DNA from: a virus | Reading direction: 5' to 3' (one strand) | IMG/VR virus record: IMGVR_UViG_3300034072_002191 | Coordinates: 16,692 to 80,691 of that record | Length of the DNA: 64,000 nt | Shown: positions 61,561 to 64,000 of the stretch, piece by piece | How the letters are laid out: every line of letters begins with the position of its first letter | Numbering within the stretch: position 1 is the stretch's first letter | Made by a program: the position numbers and the translations under genes | Notes under the pieces: model-generated | Told to the model about the DNA's origin: nothing | Databases searched by the model: none | The model's input: only the letters and a program-made list of their open reading frames with translations

Positions 61561-63795
61561 ATGCGCCTGAATGCACTGAACTTGTCGCTTGCCTCGCGCG
61601 CCCTGTTTGGGGCGGCGCCGAAGGCGGCTCTGCTAGCTGGCGCATCACTGCCCGCCTTCACCGTTGCGACTTACAACGCCGATAGCCGCACTGCCAATTC
61701 CGGCGGTCGATCGGCGTCTGCATCGCTGGTTACGGTCGCCGCCGGGAACAATGGCGTCAACATGGCAGGCTATATCCAAGCAGTCTGCGGCAACCCATAC
61801 CTGCTGCGAGAAGGCTATCAGCACGCCGTCGGCGGAAGCACCACGCTTGCCCACCTTAATCGCGCGCAGTCGCTCAATATCGCCACCACGGGTAACCCCG
61901 CATACGACACCACAGGCGCGAGTCCGGACGGAATTTGGTCGCAGGGTTCGGATGGCCTTACCAGCGATATCAGCCAGTCCGGCAGCCACATCATCTCACC
62001 CTCTGTCGGCGTGAACGACGGCGGCGGGGTCACGGGCACCTTCTACAACGCCGGCGGCGTCGTCGCGGTGAATACGCTCAAGACGATCGCGGCTATCGCC
62101 GACCTCTACGGGCAGGCGGGCAAGGTCTGGTACGTCGGAAACGAGCTGCCTCGTGGGCGCACGCATTTCCCGCTGGAGCTACACACCGTCTCGGGCGGTG
62201 CATGGTCGACGACCTATTCCACCAACTTCACGGATGGCGAGAGCTATAGCGCCGTCGGCGTCGTTGGATTCTTCGATGCGGAGAACAAGTGGCGGCCGAT
62301 GCGCAAGGTCGCTTCCAACCCTGGACAGGACGAGTATGTCATCACCTCACCAGGCAACTACCTAGCCGGGGGGACGCCGCCGTCCAGCACCAGGACGACG
62401 TACAACGCTGAGCCCGGAGGCCTGTCCGCGACCAGCACCGCGCTCAAGATCATCAACGAGTTCATGAACTCGACAGCGGCGAACTTCGTCTCAGCGATCA
62501 ACGGCGTCGATTATGCAATTCCCGGTCTGCAGCATAACCGACCCTGGGTCCGTGTGGCCGACACCTTCAATGCCTATCTCGACACCAGCACCGGCAGTCA
62601 GCAGCTGGCGGCACCGGGCACGCTCGACAACCTTCAGCTGCACGGTACGCAGCTGGCCGCCTACCGCGTGGCCAAAGCGTTCCGCGCGAAGATGCTGGCT
62701 GACTATCCGAGCCTTGTTACGGTGGACCAGCGACCCACGCGGAATAACTGGTGGGCAGCGCGCGGGAATGGAAGCGCCACCACGTTCAGCGGGACACTGC
62801 CTCCGACGATGCGGGTCGGCTTCACCGACAGCCCGGCGCCCACCCTGGTGTCGCTGGACGGTGCCCCGATCGGTAAGGTCGATACCACGACCGGTGCAAT
62901 CACCGGCGCTGGTATCACCTCCGGATCGCTGAACTTTTCGACCGGCGCATTCACGCTCACGTTGCCCTCAGCTCCTGCGAACAACTCCCGCATCTGGTTC
63001 GAGCAGGACATCGGAAACTTCGATCTGACGACCATGACCGAGGGGACGATCGGCCGTAACGCGCTCTATAACGGCCTGTTCGACCTTACCCCGGCAACCG
63101 GAGGTAACCTGACTATCACCACCGGAACGGTCCTGGCCGCGCTGGCCACCTCATTGCCCGCCGCGAGCGTGCCCTACGGCTGGGACGTGAGCGGTGGCAC
63201 CGGCGCCGCGCTTGCCAACGGGGTCACGAACGGCACCACCACGCTCCTCGGTAGCAACGATACGTTGGCGCTGGATGGCAAGGGCTATCCGTTCCACATG
63301 GCCGAGTTCGCGGGCTATGAGACCTCAGGCGGCCCGCTCCTGCAATATCAGCAGTACAACATCAACGGCTTTGCTCTTCGAGCGAATATTCCTGGTGGCG
63401 CATACGGCAAGGTCATGAGTGGCGTGTATCTGCGCTATATGCGACCGTCCCTCATGGGGCGCACCTATGGCACGCTCGGTCATCGGTTCCAGATCGGCGG
63501 CGGGTGCAACGCGGTGCCGCGCAATTCGCCCAGCGGCATCGTCAACTCGACCGGCTGGCGGTCGAATTGGGGTGATGGGGCCACCGGCATGTACATTGGC
63601 GACGAGCTGCTGGCCGAAGAGGGCGGTGAGCTGGGGCTGCATCTCGTCAGCCCGACGATCTCGCTCGATGGCATGACGGCGATCACCAACCCGGCGTTCT
63701 CGATCTCGCTCGCCGCGACGGCTAGTGTGCCGTTCTCAGCCAAGCTCGGCATGACACGGGCGCAGGTCCGCCGGCGCAATGACTTCGGGGATTGA
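61561..63795 (+). CDS. Large SGNH/GDSL-hydrolase-like, probably virion-associated protein
   Basis: Block-like motifs ADSRTA, AVGGSTT, GVND, DNLQLH. Gly/Thr/Ser-rich beta domains. GGAG RBS. Confidence 0.6.
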   Translation: MRLNALNLSLASRALFGAAPKAALLAGASLPAFTVATYNADSRTANSGGRSASASLVTVAAGNNGVNMAGYIQAVCGNPYLLREGYQHAVGGSTTLAHLNRAQSLNIATTGNPAYDTTGASPDGIWSQGSDGLTSDISQSGSHIISPSVGVNDGGGVTGTFYNAGGVVAVNTLKTIAAIADLYGQAGKVWYVGNELPRGRTHFPLELHTVSGGAWSTTYSTNFTDGESYSAVGVVGFFDAENKWRPMRKVASNPGQDEYVITSPGNYLAGGTPPSSTRTTYNAEPGGLSATSTALKIINEFMNSTAANFVSAINGVDYAIPGLQHNRPWVRVADTFNAYLDTSTGSQQLAAPGTLDNLQLHGTQLAAYRVAKAFRAKMLADYPSLVTVDQRPTRNNWWAARGNGSATTFSGTLPPTMRVGFTDSPAPTLVSLDGAPIGKVDTTTGAITGAGITSGSLNFSTGAFTLTLPSAPANNSRIWFEQDIGNFDLTTMTEGTIGRNALYNGLFDLTPATGGNLTITTGTVLAALATSLPAASVPYGWDVSGGTGAALANGVTNGTTTLLGSNDTLALDGKGYPFHMAEFAGYETSGGPLLQYQQYNINGFALRANIPGGAYGKVMSGVYLRYMRPSLMGRTYGTLGHRFQIGGGCNAVPRNSPSGIVNSTGWRSNWGDGATGMYIGDELLAEEGGELGLHLVSPTISLDGMTAITNPAFSISLAATASVPFSAKLGMTRAQVRRRNDFGD

Positions 63796-63799
63796 TGCC

Positions 63800-64000
63800 A
63801 TGCCCCCGCTACTGCAATTCCTTTCGCTGGTGGTGCGCGTCGAGCCGTTGCTCGGCTGGCCCGGACTGACGCTGGTGGTGCTGCTCGACGGCACCATCAT
63901 CGTTTACAAGCCCGGCTACATGACGGCGCTCGATCCGATCGAGCATGCAGGCCCATTAGGTGTGGCGCGGATGGCCGAGTTCTTGCGAGTCGGCACATGA
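63800..64000 (+). CDS. Small hydrophobic hypothetical protein
   Basis: ATG 4 nt after the upstream stop. Hydrophobic N-half. Stop at the window end. Confidence 0.35.
   Translation: MPPLLQFLSLVVRVEPLLGWPGLTLVVLLDGTIIVYKPGYMTALDPIEHAGPLGVARMAEFLRVGT

Larger units (their letters stand above)
37349..64000 (+). mobile_element. HK97-like siphovirus prophage, late region (continuous with 1..1021 before the Mu insertion, boundaries outside the window)
   Basis: HNH-terS-terL-portal-ClpP-capsid-connectors-tail-TMP-fibre-lysis gene order. Confidence 0.92.

Overview
The window is entirely phage DNA from a GC-rich bacterium, probably an alphaproteobacterium such as a Sphingomonas (inferred from gene style, not verified). 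It holds two nested prophages. (1) An apparently complete 36,322-bp Mu-like transposable prophage lies in reverse orientation at 1022..37343. It has TG...CA ends, a 5-bp TCGGG target duplication, repressor/ner, MuA/MuB, GemA/Mor, a lysis cassette, Mu-type head genes and a non-contractile tail. (2) It is inserted into an HK97-like siphovirus prophage on the + strand, between that phage's NusG-like antiterminator gene and its HNH/terminase late operon (head, tail, lysis, large SGNH-like protein). The most unusual observations are: a stand-alone copy of the MuA end-binding domains without a catalytic core (31216..31983); a tRNA-like cloverleaf with no usable anticodon loop inside the outer late operon (47775..47854); a candidate kissing-loop/pseudoknot switch in front of the tail-chaperone RBS (48607..48696); a MuF-PBECR-like nuclease with no immunity gene; LexA- and DnaA-domain-only proteins; and a related tail-fibre cassette fused to different anchor proteins in the two phages. 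All family assignments come from motif recognition by eye, not database searches.
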